Positions 10,511 through 20,064 of a DNA stretch of 64,000 nucleotides are shown here, piece after piece. Both the position numbers and the translations under genes were made by a program. Below the pieces are notes generated by a model. The model was given only the letters and a program-made list of their open reading frames with translations. It did no database searches and had not been told where the DNA came from. Each line of letters begins with the position of its first letter. Within the stretch, counting starts at the first letter, position 1. Where the stretch lies: assembly GCA_042564455.1 (NCBI GenBank), contig JBHPLC010000002.1:25017-89016 (forward strand), given 5' to 3'. The stretch is from Candidatus Zhuqueibacterota bacterium (GTDB lineage: Bacteria; SM23-31).

Positions 10511-11989
10511 TTACGGAATCACAACAGTAATCAAATAGTTTAAAGAAGTTCTCATAAGATTCAGAACCGGAGTTGGATAAATCCCAACAAATAAAATTAT
10601 TACCATCAATGGCGCCAATGTAAATATCTCAAGTCCGTTGATCTCAGGCAGAGTTTTATATTTGTCTTTCAGAGTTCCAAGAAATACTCTCTGAAGTGTC
10701 CACAGCAAATATCCTGCGGTCAATATAACACCGCTGACAGCACAAATTGTCAATACCTTAAATGTTGTGAATGCACCTATAAAGACCAATGCTTCACTTA
10801 TAAATCCGCTCAATCCCGGTAAACCGAGACTTGCAAAGAAAGCAAAACTGGTAATTCCGAAAAAGATCGGCATTTGGCTGGCCAATCCGCCGAATCCGTC
10901 AATGTCACGGTGATGCGCACGGTCATAAATCACACCTACCAGAAGGAATAACATAGCCGTTATTGTACCATGGTTAAACATCTGCAGCACAGCTCCATTC
11001 ATCCCTGCTTCTGTAAAAACAGCCATGCCCAACAGCACATAACCCATATGACTTATACTGGAATATGCAACAAGTTTTTTCAGATCCTTTTGTGCCATTG
11101 CTGTTAATGCACCATACAGGATATTAATTACTCCTAACAGGGCTAATCCCCATTTCAAGTAATATGCAGCGTCCGGCAGCATCGGATAGCTTATCCTTAG
11201 TATTCCGTAAGTTCCCATTTTAAGCAGTACACCGGCAAGAATAACACTTATCGCGGTCGGAGCTTCAACGTGTGCATCCGGAAGCCATGTATGGAACGGG
11301 AAAACCGGTACTTTTATTGCAAAACCTATGAACAGAGCTATATACATCCAATACTGGAATGTTCTCGAATAATTTGCGCTGTTCTCCATTAATTCCAGCA
11401 TATTAAATGTATGTGCACCATTATAGAAATAGAAAGCAAGCATAGCTATGAGCATCAGAAGGCTGCCGAATAAAGTATACAGGAAGAACTTAATAGCGGC
11501 GTATTCCCTTCTTGGTCCGCCCCAGATTCCGATAAGAAAATACATCGGCAGCAGCATTACTTCCCAGAAAATATAAAACAGGAAAAAATCCAGGGCACAG
11601 AATGTACCTATCATTCCCGTTTCAAGAAGAAGGAACATCGCAAAATAGCCCTTATGTGCCTTTTTGATATTCCAGGAAGCAAATATGCACAAAAATGACA
11701 ATAGCGCCGTTAAGAGTATCATCGGGAAGCTGAGTCCGTCAACACCCATAAAATAATCAATATTAAATGTTTCTATCCACTTGTGGTGCTCAACAAATTG
11801 AAAACTATCCTCATTATTTATACCGGGCATAGAGGTATTAAATTGAAACAGCATCAGGATCGTTAGAATAAGAGTAACACCCGTGGCTACCGCGGCTACA
11901 GTCCTGATCTGACCTATCTTATCTTTAGATAAGAAGGCAATAATAGCTGCGCCAACAAGCGGGATGAAAGTTATAAGCGTTAATAACAT
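10511..11989 (-). CDS. nuoM: NADH-quinone oxidoreductase subunit M
   Basis: 492 aa. HTWLPDAHVEAPTA and LVAYSSISHMGYVL motifs. Position in the operon. Confidence 0.9.
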   Translation of the reverse strand: MLLTLITFIPLVGAAIIAFLSKDKIGQIRTVAAVATGVTLILTILMLFQFNTSMPGINNEDSFQFVEHHKWIETFNIDYFMGVDGLSFPMILLTALLSFLCIFASWNIKKAHKGYFAMFLLLETGMIGTFCALDFFLFYIFWEVMLLPMYFLIGIWGGPRREYAAIKFFLYTLFGSLLMLIAMLAFYFYNGAHTFNMLELMENSANYSRTFQYWMYIALFIGFAIKVPVFPFHTWLPDAHVEAPTAISVILAGVLLKMGTYGILRISYPMLPDAAYYLKWGLALLGVINILYGALTAMAQKDLKKLVAYSSISHMGYVLLGMAVFTEAGMNGAVLQMFNHGTITAMLFLLVGVIYDRAHHRDIDGFGGLASQMPIFFGITSFAFFASLGLPGLSGFISEALVFIGAFTTFKVLTICAVSGVILTAGYLLWTLQRVFLGTLKDKYKTLPEINGLEIFTLAPLMVIILFVGIYPTPVLNLMRTSLNYLITVVIP

Positions 11990-12015
11990 TCAAATATCTC
12001 CTCATTACAATCGGT

Positions 12016-14061
12016 TTAATATACTCGAAAAAATATAATTACTAATAAACCGATTAATAATCCAACTAAATAATTTTGAATTCTTCCGGTTTGGAATTGT
12101 CTTGTGATCCAGCCAAAAAACTGAGTGACATTTGCAACTCCATTGACCATTCCGTCAATAACAATATTATCAAATCTGCCGTTAAACCAGGAAAACACTA
12201 CGGTCACTTTTGCAGATCCATTTACAATTCCATCAATAATATATGTATCAAACCAGCGGCAGATCCTTGTTAATAATAATGTGCCGCTTATAAAACTTGC
12301 ATGATAAATTTCATCTATATACCACTTATTAAATAGTGCTTTATAAAGTTTGGGGTAGTTTGCACCCCAGGCTTCTGCGGATATTTTTTTAGTGAAATAC
12401 GTCCGGAACGCCACGATTATACCGGTAAATGCAATGATCAGCGATAAATACATTGCGACAGTGTGTGATGTATCATGCCCGCCGGCATGCTGTGCTCCCT
12501 CTTCTGCAACCTGTTCGACAACCGGTGAAACCGCTGCCTGATGCGGAGGCTGGATAAGATGATAGAACCAGCCTTCTGACGGTGTCAGAGGATTGAAACT
12601 GTAAAAAGCAAAAATGCTCAATACTCCCAGGACAATCAGGGGTATTTTCATCGCATAACCCGATTCGTGCATATGTTTCCAGGCATCTGGTATAGCAAAT
12701 TTTCCAAAAAAGGTCTTAAAAACCAGCCTGAACATATAAAACGCTGTTATTCCGGCAGCAACAAAACCGAAAACAGGTAATAAAAAATGCTGCGGATTTG
12801 CCGAAGCAAATCCCAGTGTTCCTGCTAAAATTGCATCTTTGCTTAAGAAACCGGAGGTAAACGGAACACCTGAAATGGCGATCGTTGCCGCAAGGAACGT
12901 CCAGAAAGTTACCGGAAGTTTCTTTCTTAATCCGCCCATATTATTCATATCCTGGGGATCTTCATGATTGTGAACAGCATGTAAAGCATGATGCATGGAA
13001 TGAATAACACTTCCGGAGCCAAGAAATAACAATGCTTTGAAAAATGCATGGGTCATCAAGTGAAAAAATCCCGCCGTATAAGCGCCGACACCTAATGCCA
13101 TTATCATATAACCTAACTGGCTGACGGTTGAATAGGCCAAAACACGTTTAATATCATTTTGTACAATAGCAATTGTTGCAGCAAAAATTGCAGTGATTCC
13201 GCCTATATAAGCAATAAAAACCATTGAATCGGGAGTTAACATGAAGAATATACGTACGACCAGATAAACTCCTGCAGCGACCATTGTAGCCGCATGGATC
13301 AAAGCGCTGACCGGTGTCGGACCTTCCATTGCATCAGGAAGCCAGACATGTAACGGGAACTGAGCGGATTTGCCGACAGCTCCCATAAAAAGAGTGATAC
13401 CGGCTATCGTCAGCAAGGTGCCGCTGAATTCACCCGATTCTACTGCTTGCTCAATTGCTTCAAGGGAGAACGATCCGACAGTTATAAATACGATCATCAT
13501 TCCGATGAACATCCCGAAATCGCCGATCCGGTTTGTAATAAATGCTTTTTTACCTGCATCTGAAGCCGAGTCTTTTTCGTACCAGAAACCGATAAGAAGA
13601 TATGAACATATTCCCACAAGCTCCCAGCACATATATATACCGAACAGATTCTCAAAAATGACAAGTCCGAGCATTGAAAATGCGAACAGGGATAAGAACG
13701 CAAAATATCTTGAATACCTCGGATCTCCTCTCATATATTCCGTCGAATACAGGAAAACTAATGATGAAACTACAGTAACAACAACAAGCATAACTGCGGT
13801 AACATTATCAAGTACAAAGCTTAAAGGTAAATTTTGCGATCCTAACGTGATCCAGTCAAAATGCACTTCCATTCTAAAATTCGGATTATTAGTTAAAATC
13901 ACATTCGCAAAAATATACAAAGCAAGAATAAGATCAATGAACATTGAACCGACAACTACCCAGTCTCCTTGTCTTGGAAGTCGCTTGCCGAAGAATATCT
14001 GCACAAGGAATGCAAACAGGGGCAGTAACCAAATAAATATTGCAATCGAAAGTAAATTCAT
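12016..14061 (-). CDS. nuoL: NADH-quinone oxidoreductase subunit L
   Basis: 681 aa. HVWLPDAMEGPTPVSALIHAATMV and VLAYSTVSQLGYM motifs. Long C-terminal lateral-helix region. Confidence 0.9.
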   Translation of the reverse strand: MNLLSIAIFIWLLPLFAFLVQIFFGKRLPRQGDWVVVGSMFIDLILALYIFANVILTNNPNFRMEVHFDWITLGSQNLPLSFVLDNVTAVMLVVVTVVSSLVFLYSTEYMRGDPRYSRYFAFLSLFAFSMLGLVIFENLFGIYMCWELVGICSYLLIGFWYEKDSASDAGKKAFITNRIGDFGMFIGMMIVFITVGSFSLEAIEQAVESGEFSGTLLTIAGITLFMGAVGKSAQFPLHVWLPDAMEGPTPVSALIHAATMVAAGVYLVVRIFFMLTPDSMVFIAYIGGITAIFAATIAIVQNDIKRVLAYSTVSQLGYMIMALGVGAYTAGFFHLMTHAFFKALLFLGSGSVIHSMHHALHAVHNHEDPQDMNNMGGLRKKLPVTFWTFLAATIAISGVPFTSGFLSKDAILAGTLGFASANPQHFLLPVFGFVAAGITAFYMFRLVFKTFFGKFAIPDAWKHMHESGYAMKIPLIVLGVLSIFAFYSFNPLTPSEGWFYHLIQPPHQAAVSPVVEQVAEEGAQHAGGHDTSHTVAMYLSLIIAFTGIIVAFRTYFTKKISAEAWGANYPKLYKALFNKWYIDEIYHASFISGTLLLTRICRWFDTYIIDGIVNGSAKVTVVFSWFNGRFDNIVIDGMVNGVANVTQFFGWITRQFQTGRIQNYLVGLLIGLLVIIFFRVY

Positions 14062-14099
14062 AAATGAGCCGTTAACAAAAAATTATACGAATTTTAGAA

Positions 14100-14405
14100 T
14101 TATTTTTTAAGACCTGCAACCTCATCCAGGTTTATGGTCTGCATATTTCTATATATGTTCAGAACAATAGCCAGTGCGACCGCTGCTTCTGCCACTGCGA
14201 TCACAAATATAAACAAAGCTATCATCACACCACTCTTCTCCGGATCACTGAAATGTGAAAAAGCAATGAAATTTATATTGGCTGAGTTCAATATTAGCTC
14301 AACACCCATAAGGACACTAATGGCATTCCTTTTTGTAACAACAGCCAGAAGACCTAATACAAAAAATATCGCACCGATCACTAAAAATGAATTTAAAGTT
14401 ATCAC
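14100..14405 (-). CDS. nuoK: NADH-quinone oxidoreductase subunit K
   Basis: 101 aa, three TM helices, conserved Glu residues (GVELILNSANINF, AVAEAAVALAIV). 4-nt overlap with nuoJ. Confidence 0.9.
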   Translation of the reverse strand: MITLNSFLVIGAIFFVLGLLAVVTKRNAISVLMGVELILNSANINFIAFSHFSDPEKSGVMIALFIFVIAVAEAAVALAIVLNIYRNMQTINLDEVAGLKK

Positions 14406-14911
14406 TTGTCCTCCGAACGTATAATAAACATCGACCCAACAAGTGCAGCAAGAAGTAAAATTGAAGCTAATTCAAATGGAAAAAGATAATTGGTCATCAA
14501 CTCTTCACCAATCTCAGCAGTCTGGGCTTTATATCCAATTTCAACATCCATATCTGCCAGATTAGGCCATATAGAAACAAATAAGATCATCAGCAAAATA
14601 AACATAAGGCCTATTCCGATTACCGCACCCCATACTCTCTGAGTGGTCTGAGTCGTAACTGTCACATCGGAAACCTTTACCGTTAAAAGTACACCAAATA
14701 AAAGCAGAACAAGAATACCTCCGACATATATTATAACCTGAACTGCAGCTAAGAAATCAGCACTCAACAGCACATAAAAACCTGCAACACAAAAAAGAGA
14801 TAACATTAAAGCAAAAGCCGCATAGACGATTCTTTTGGAAAAAACGACAATTGCAGCAGAGCCCACAGCCAAAACCGCCAAAAACACAAACACTATATCC
14901 TTACCGTGCAT
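14402..14911 (-). CDS. nuoJ: NADH-quinone oxidoreductase subunit J
   Basis: 169 aa membrane protein (VQVIIYVGGILVLLLF). Position between nuoI and nuoK. Confidence 0.85.
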   Translation of the reverse strand: MHGKDIVFVFLAVLAVGSAAIVVFSKRIVYAAFALMLSLFCVAGFYVLLSADFLAAVQVIIYVGGILVLLLFGVLLTVKVSDVTVTTQTTQRVWGAVIGIGLMFILLMILFVSIWPNLADMDVEIGYKAQTAEIGEELMTNYLFPFELASILLLAALVGSMFIIRSEDK

Positions 14912-15474
14912 TATGAATCTCCTTCGGGTTCTTTTCCGCTGTTCTCTTTTGATTTCAAAGCTTCCGCTTTCTTCTTCTCTTTTTCAATGGTACGCAGCTT
15001 GTCCTTCTCTCTCAGCTCGGCAATTTTTACAGGATCAAGGTCAGTGAAGTGGAAGATCAGGTCGTTTCTGTCAACAGTCGAATATTCAAATTCTTTCGTC
15101 ATCACCAGACAGAATGTCGGACAGGGATATGTACACAGACCGCAATAGCAGCATTTAGCCATATCTATATCAAATACCGGCAGCCATAAGGACTTTTTCC
15201 TTCCTTCGGATGTAGTACCGAGATCATCCTCCGGGAAAGCTTTAACAGTCTCAAGATCGATACAATCCACCGGGCATACCCTGACGCACTGATTGCATCC
15301 GATACAGTCTTCAATCTTATTAAAAAGTTGATTTCTTGCTCTTTCGGGAATTTCAAGTTTATCATGCGGATATTGAACAGTTACAGATTTCACAAATAAG
15401 TGCCTGAAAGTCAAAGCCATTCCGATCAGAACCGTCTTTATACCGATATATATATTTGAAAAGTACGTCTGCAT
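14911..15474 (-). CDS. nuoI: NADH-quinone oxidoreductase subunit I (2x[4Fe-4S]) with a Lys/Glu-rich C-terminal tail
   Basis: 187 aa. CIGCNQCVRVCP and CCYCGLCTYPCP motifs. C-terminal extension KEKKKAEALKSKENSGKEPEGDS. Confidence 0.9.
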   Translation of the reverse strand: MQTYFSNIYIGIKTVLIGMALTFRHLFVKSVTVQYPHDKLEIPERARNQLFNKIEDCIGCNQCVRVCPVDCIDLETVKAFPEDDLGTTSEGRKKSLWLPVFDIDMAKCCYCGLCTYPCPTFCLVMTKEFEYSTVDRNDLIFHFTDLDPVKIAELREKDKLRTIEKEKKKAEALKSKENSGKEPEGDS

Positions 15475-15502
15475 TATATTTCTTTCTACCTTCCAAAAAG
15501 GA

Positions 15503-16576
15503 TTAATTACTTAAAACCTGCCATAGTCCGATAAAAAATATACAGAACAGAGCAATCGGTGTTAAAACCTTCCAGCATACATACATAAGCTGGTCAACTC
15601 TGAGACGAGGCAGAGTAAATCTCAACCAGATATGAACAAAAACAATAAACATTGATTTACCGATAAACCATATCCAACCGGGAATAAATCCCAGCATATT
15701 CAGCGGAGGCTGCCAGCCGCCGAGAAAAAGAGTTGTAATTATCATACAGACAGCCAGCATATTTCCATATTCAGCCAAAAAGAACATTCCCCATCTCAAT
15801 CCCGAATATTCGGTCATAAAACCTGCAACCAGTTCTGATTCCGCTTCAGGCATATCAAAAGGTGTTCTGTTGATTTCTGCTAATGAGGCCAGAAAATATA
15901 TAAAGAAAGCGATGAAATTAAATGGAAATGATTTAAAAATAAACCAGTTTAAAAGACCGCCTTCCTGCTGTTCAACGATCTCCTGCAAATTTAATGTCCC
16001 GGCGATCATTATTACGCAGACTATCGCAAGACCTGCGGGTATTTCATAACTTACGATCTGTGCCGCGGAACGTACGGCCCCGAAAAGAGACCATTTATTA
16101 TTCGACGACCAACCTGCCATCAGGATACCGGGAACAGCCAGGGTGGAGATTGCCACTATATAGACTATTCCTATATTCAGATGACTGACAACCAGACCGG
16201 CATCAAAAGGAAACACAACAAAAACCGCAAGCGCTGCCATAATTACTACAAAAGGAGCAATAGCATATAGTTTTTTGTCTACTGCGGCAGGAACAATATC
16301 TTCTTTCAGTAAAAGTTTTATCATATCTGCCGGAGTCTGTAACAAACCATGCCAGCCGGTCTCCATAGGTCCTAATCTGTCATGAATATGGGCAGAGATC
16401 TTTCGTTCTGCATAAATAGCCACCAAAGAAAATACAGCAATTAAAGTGAATAAAGCTAATGCTGCAATTACAGAAGCTAAAATAAAAAAGAAATTCGGTG
16501 ATGCTTCAAGCACTTCCGGACCGAATATAAAATCCAGCAGTTCGATAAACTTATTATAATACACTCTCTCAAGCAT
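15503..16576 (-). CDS. nuoH: NADH-quinone oxidoreductase subunit H
   Basis: 357 aa. YAERKISAHIHDRLGP and FDMPEAESELVAGFMTEYSG motifs. Confidence 0.9.
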   Translation of the reverse strand: MLERVYYNKFIELLDFIFGPEVLEASPNFFFILASVIAALALFTLIAVFSLVAIYAERKISAHIHDRLGPMETGWHGLLQTPADMIKLLLKEDIVPAAVDKKLYAIAPFVVIMAALAVFVVFPFDAGLVVSHLNIGIVYIVAISTLAVPGILMAGWSSNNKWSLFGAVRSAAQIVSYEIPAGLAIVCVIMIAGTLNLQEIVEQQEGGLLNWFIFKSFPFNFIAFFIYFLASLAEINRTPFDMPEAESELVAGFMTEYSGLRWGMFFLAEYGNMLAVCMIITTLFLGGWQPPLNMLGFIPGWIWFIGKSMFIVFVHIWLRFTLPRLRVDQLMYVCWKVLTPIALFCIFFIGLWQVLSN

Positions 16577-16621
16577 TTACATATATCCTACAACTCAAAA
16601 TGAGAATTATTTTCAATAATA

Positions 16622-17797
16622 CTAACGGTCTACACAGCCAAGAACTATATCCAGACTGCCTATTATGGCAACAAGATCAGCCAGCATATACCCGCGTGAG
16701 ATATCATCGATCACACTTAAATTACAGAAACACGGCGATCGGCCTTTAAGTCTTGTCGGACCTTTCCCCTTTTCACTTATAATATAATAACCGAGTTCAC
16801 CTCTTGGAGCTTCTGTCCTTCCGTAATATTTACCTACCGGGACTCTTACGTTCTTTCCGATCTTCTCGCTCATGATCTCTCCATCAGGAAGCTGCTGCAG
16901 AGCCTGCCGGATGATCTTAATACTTTCGATCATTTCAAACATCCTGACATAATATCTGTCCCAGCAATCGCCCATGGTACCCATTTCGCCTTTGCCAAGG
17001 ATCACATCAAAATCAAACCTGTCATATAATGAATATGGTTCGTCCCTTCTGATATCCCAATCAACTCCGGAACCTCTCAAAGCAGGTCCGGTGATTCCAT
17101 AATCAATTGCGGTCTCCGGTTTAAGAACACCGACATCAGCAAGACGCTCAACAAATATTTTGTTGTAGGTCAGTATCGGATTATACTCTTCAATGATCTT
17201 TTTTTCTATCAGATCAAGTACCTGCATACACTCAGGAACAAAACCGTCATACAGATCATGGGAAACTCCGCCGATCCACATATAATTATAAAGCAGTCTT
17301 GCTCCGCAGATCTTTTCAAACATATCCAGTATCAGTTCACGTTCACGAAAAGCCCAAAGAAACGGAGTGAATGCGCCCATATCAAGTCCGTAGGTTCCGA
17401 AAGCGATCAAGTGACTGGCAATTCTCTGCAGTTCCGCTGTAATTATCCTTATATATTCAGCCCTTTCAGGTACTTCAATTTCCATAATCTTTTCAACGGT
17501 CACGACATAGGAGAAACTCTGTCCCATTGAAGCAACATAATCCATCCTGTCACAGTAAGGAATAACTGCGGGCCATGGCTCGTTTTCACAGTGTTTCTCA
17601 AAGCATCTGTGTAAATACCCGATATATGGAGTAACCTTTTTCATTATCTCTCCATCGGTAATACATTCCAGACGCAAAACACCATGCGTGCTCGGATGCT
17701 GCGGGCCCATCTGCAGAACCATCTCATCCGTTAAAAATCCCGAGGAAGGCCTGCCGCCTAAAGGTATGTATACATCTTCTGTCTTTATTTCTGACAT
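16622..17797 (-). CDS. nuoD: NADH-quinone oxidoreductase subunit D
   Basis: 391 aa. GPQHPSTHGVLRL motif; C-terminus IIGSLDIVLGCVDR. Directly adjacent to nuoH, so nuoE/F/G are absent from their canonical position. Confidence 0.9.
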   Translation of the reverse strand: MSEIKTEDVYIPLGGRPSSGFLTDEMVLQMGPQHPSTHGVLRLECITDGEIMKKVTPYIGYLHRCFEKHCENEPWPAVIPYCDRMDYVASMGQSFSYVVTVEKIMEIEVPERAEYIRIITAELQRIASHLIAFGTYGLDMGAFTPFLWAFRERELILDMFEKICGARLLYNYMWIGGVSHDLYDGFVPECMQVLDLIEKKIIEEYNPILTYNKIFVERLADVGVLKPETAIDYGITGPALRGSGVDWDIRRDEPYSLYDRFDFDVILGKGEMGTMGDCWDRYYVRMFEMIESIKIIRQALQQLPDGEIMSEKIGKNVRVPVGKYYGRTEAPRGELGYYIISEKGKGPTRLKGRSPCFCNLSVIDDISRGYMLADLVAIIGSLDIVLGCVDR

Positions 17798-17829
17798 AAT
17801 CGATATCTATAGAATTAAATAAATGTTTC

Positions 17830-18327
17830 CTAATTTTCCTTTTTATCATCAGGATGAGGAACAGTCATACCATGATACTTCTCCTGAACCTGATAATCCT
17901 TCCTGAGTGGAAAACCTTCCCAATCCTCCGGGCAAAGTATTCTTCTTAAGTCAGGATGTTCCGTAAAACTGATCCCCATCATATCAAAAGCCTCGCGTTC
18001 ATGCCAATCAGCAGCACGCCATATTTTAGAAACCGATGGAACAGACGGTTTCTTTTTGGGCACTGTTACCCAAAGAGTAATTTTGTGCTTTTTACTGATA
18101 GAATAGAGGTGGTAGACTGCTCCGACATTCTCTTCATCAACATCTATACTGCTAATACACATCAGTGATTTGAAATCGAGATCCGGATTTTCTTTTAAAA
18201 ATCCGCAGACTTCCGTAATCGATGCCGGTTTAACTTCAGCAAAAGGTTCGATCACTTCCGTGTTAACCGACAATATCTTTTCTCCGAACTTTTCCTGGAG
18301 TTTATTTAAAATGTCTTCGGGACTCAT
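17830..18327 (-). CDS. nuoC: NADH-quinone oxidoreductase subunit C
   Basis: 165 aa. WHEREAFDMMGISFTEHPDLRRIL motif. Confidence 0.9.
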   Translation of the reverse strand: MSPEDILNKLQEKFGEKILSVNTEVIEPFAEVKPASITEVCGFLKENPDLDFKSLMCISSIDVDEENVGAVYHLYSISKKHKITLWVTVPKKKPSVPSVSKIWRAADWHEREAFDMMGISFTEHPDLRRILCPEDWEGFPLRKDYQVQEKYHGMTVPHPDDKKEN

Positions 18328-18348
18328 ATATTTCTTATCTGTTAAATT

Positions 18349-18849
18349 TTACGCTGATTTTATTTCAACCTTTTTTGCAATAGAATCTTTTCGGATCTTC
18401 TCCCTTAACTGGATCAGTCCGTCCATCAAAGCTTCAGGCCGGGGCGGACAGCCGGGAATATAAACATCAACAGGGATAATCATGTCTACCCCTTTAAGGA
18501 CATGGTAACCATGTTTCCAGTACGGACCGCCGCAGTTAGCACAGCTGCCCATCGATACAACATACTTTGGTTCGGGCATCTGATCATACAGTCTTTTCAG
18601 TCTTTCAGCCATTTTCATCGTTACTGTGCCGGCAACGATCATAACATCCGCCTGGCGGGGGCTTGCCCTGAACATTATCCCAAAGCGGTCAAGATCAAAT
18701 CTTGATGCACCGGTCGCCATCATTTCAATTGCACAGCAAGCCAATCCAAAAGAAAGAGGCCACAATGATGACAGCCTTGCCCAATTAAAAAGTTTATCAA
18801 CAGAAGTGATTATTATATTGTCACTAAATCTGTTTTCGATCAATCCCAT
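18349..18849 (-). CDS. nuoB: NADH-quinone oxidoreductase subunit B
   Basis: 166 aa. [20 protein letters not shown] and [10 protein letters not shown] (N2 cluster ligands). Confidence 0.9.
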   Translation of the reverse strand: MGLIENRFSDNIIITSVDKLFNWARLSSLWPLSFGLACCAIEMMATGASRFDLDRFGIMFRASPRQADVMIVAGTVTMKMAERLKRLYDQMPEPKYVVSMGSCANCGGPYWKHGYHVLKGVDMIIPVDVYIPGCPPRPEALMDGLIQLREKIRKDSIAKKVEIKSA

Positions 18850-18882
18850 TTAATCGCCTTCCCTGATACAGAAACAGAATAA

Positions 18883-19317
18883 TTAATCGTTCGGAGTTTT
18901 TAAAACTTCTTTACCGTGTTCGGTAAAATAAGATTTCACCCATTCCAGATCACCTTTTACCCATGCATAGACCAATCCCACAAGAAGGATCAAAAGGAAG
19001 ATCATCATTTCAACAAAGGCAAACATACCCAGCCTTTTATATACCAATGCCCACGGAAATAAAAAAACCACTTCAATATCAAAGATAATAAATATCAGTG
19101 CGATAATATAAAAGCGGCTGTTGAACCGTACCCACGAACTGCCTACCGGTTCTTCACCGCATTCATAGGTTGTTAATTTTTCCGGGGTTACTTTCCGAGG
19201 ATGGAGTATTCTGGAAATCAGCAAAGATACGCCGACCATGATAATTCCAACCAACAGAAAAACAAGTACGTTTAGAAAATCCTGTATCATATTCTTACTT
19301 ATATTATTCTGCAACAC
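18883..19317 (-). CDS. nuoA: NADH-quinone oxidoreductase subunit A
   Basis: 144 aa as listed; the true start may be the internal Met at residue 10. YECGE motif, three TM helices, first gene of the operon. Confidence 0.85.
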   Translation of the reverse strand: MLQNNISKNMIQDFLNVLVFLLVGIIMVGVSLLISRILHPRKVTPEKLTTYECGEEPVGSSWVRFNSRFYIIALIFIIFDIEVVFLFPWALVYKRLGMFAFVEMMIFLLILLVGLVYAWVKGDLEWVKSYFTEHGKEVLKTPND

Positions 19318-19676
19318 TTCTTAAACTGAATCCGAACATCACCGTGTTAGTTGGAAAAGGTGTGCTCTTTATTAGCGTTGAATTTATTCATTTTTTCAAA
19401 CTAAGTCAAGAAAAAACGGGGGCAGTTTCAATTATTTTTGGAATCTGTAATATTATGATTTAATCAGCTTACATTATTTTTAAAATATATCAATATTTCC
19501 ACAAAATGGTTGAAATTGTATAGTAATCTGGCTATATTCGAAAAATATTTTCAATTGTACTTTTAAATACAATTCTGCTTCCTGATATAAACCATAACCA
19601 GTCTGATCTTGATTTACAAGACCACATGAAACGTAACTAGAAAAATCAAATACATTAAAAAGCTTAAGGTTTTAAT

Positions 19677-20003
19677 ATGGCCGAGAATGAGTTATATGCA
19701 AAAGCATCCCGATTAGCTGAATTAGCCGGCTATCAGGATGGTACAATTGTCAGCAAGACCATCATCAAGAAAAAAACCGGTACGGTCACATTTTTTGCTT
19801 TCTCCAAAGGCGAAGGTTTGAGTGAACACACTGCCCCCTTCGATGCACTGGTTTTTATTACTGACGGCCGGGCCGAAGTAACTGTCGAGGATAACACATC
19901 AATCCTCAACTCAGGTGAAATAATGATCCTTCCGGCAAACAAGCCGCACGGTCTCAATGCTGTCGAGAATTTCAAAATGCTGTTAATTATGATCAGGGAA
20001 TAG
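19677..20003 (+). CDS. Cupin domain protein
   Basis: 108 aa. Cupin_2-like motifs (GEGLSEHTAPFDALVFITDGRAEV ... GEIMILPANKPHGLNA). Confidence 0.7.
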   Translation: MAENELYAKASRLAELAGYQDGTIVSKTIIKKKTGTVTFFAFSKGEGLSEHTAPFDALVFITDGRAEVTVEDNTSILNSGEIMILPANKPHGLNAVENFKMLLIMIRE

Positions 20004-20064
20004 AGTTTATTGGCTTTTTAATCTTACTTCTGATTTCATAAATATATCTATAAAGGATAAGATC

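Noticed and set aside
13370-14110. 246-aa plus-strand ORF
   Set aside because: Lies entirely antisense to nuoL, has low-complexity composition and no RBS. It is a shadow ORF of a well-supported gene. The same reasoning applies to the other antisense ORFs across the nuo genes.
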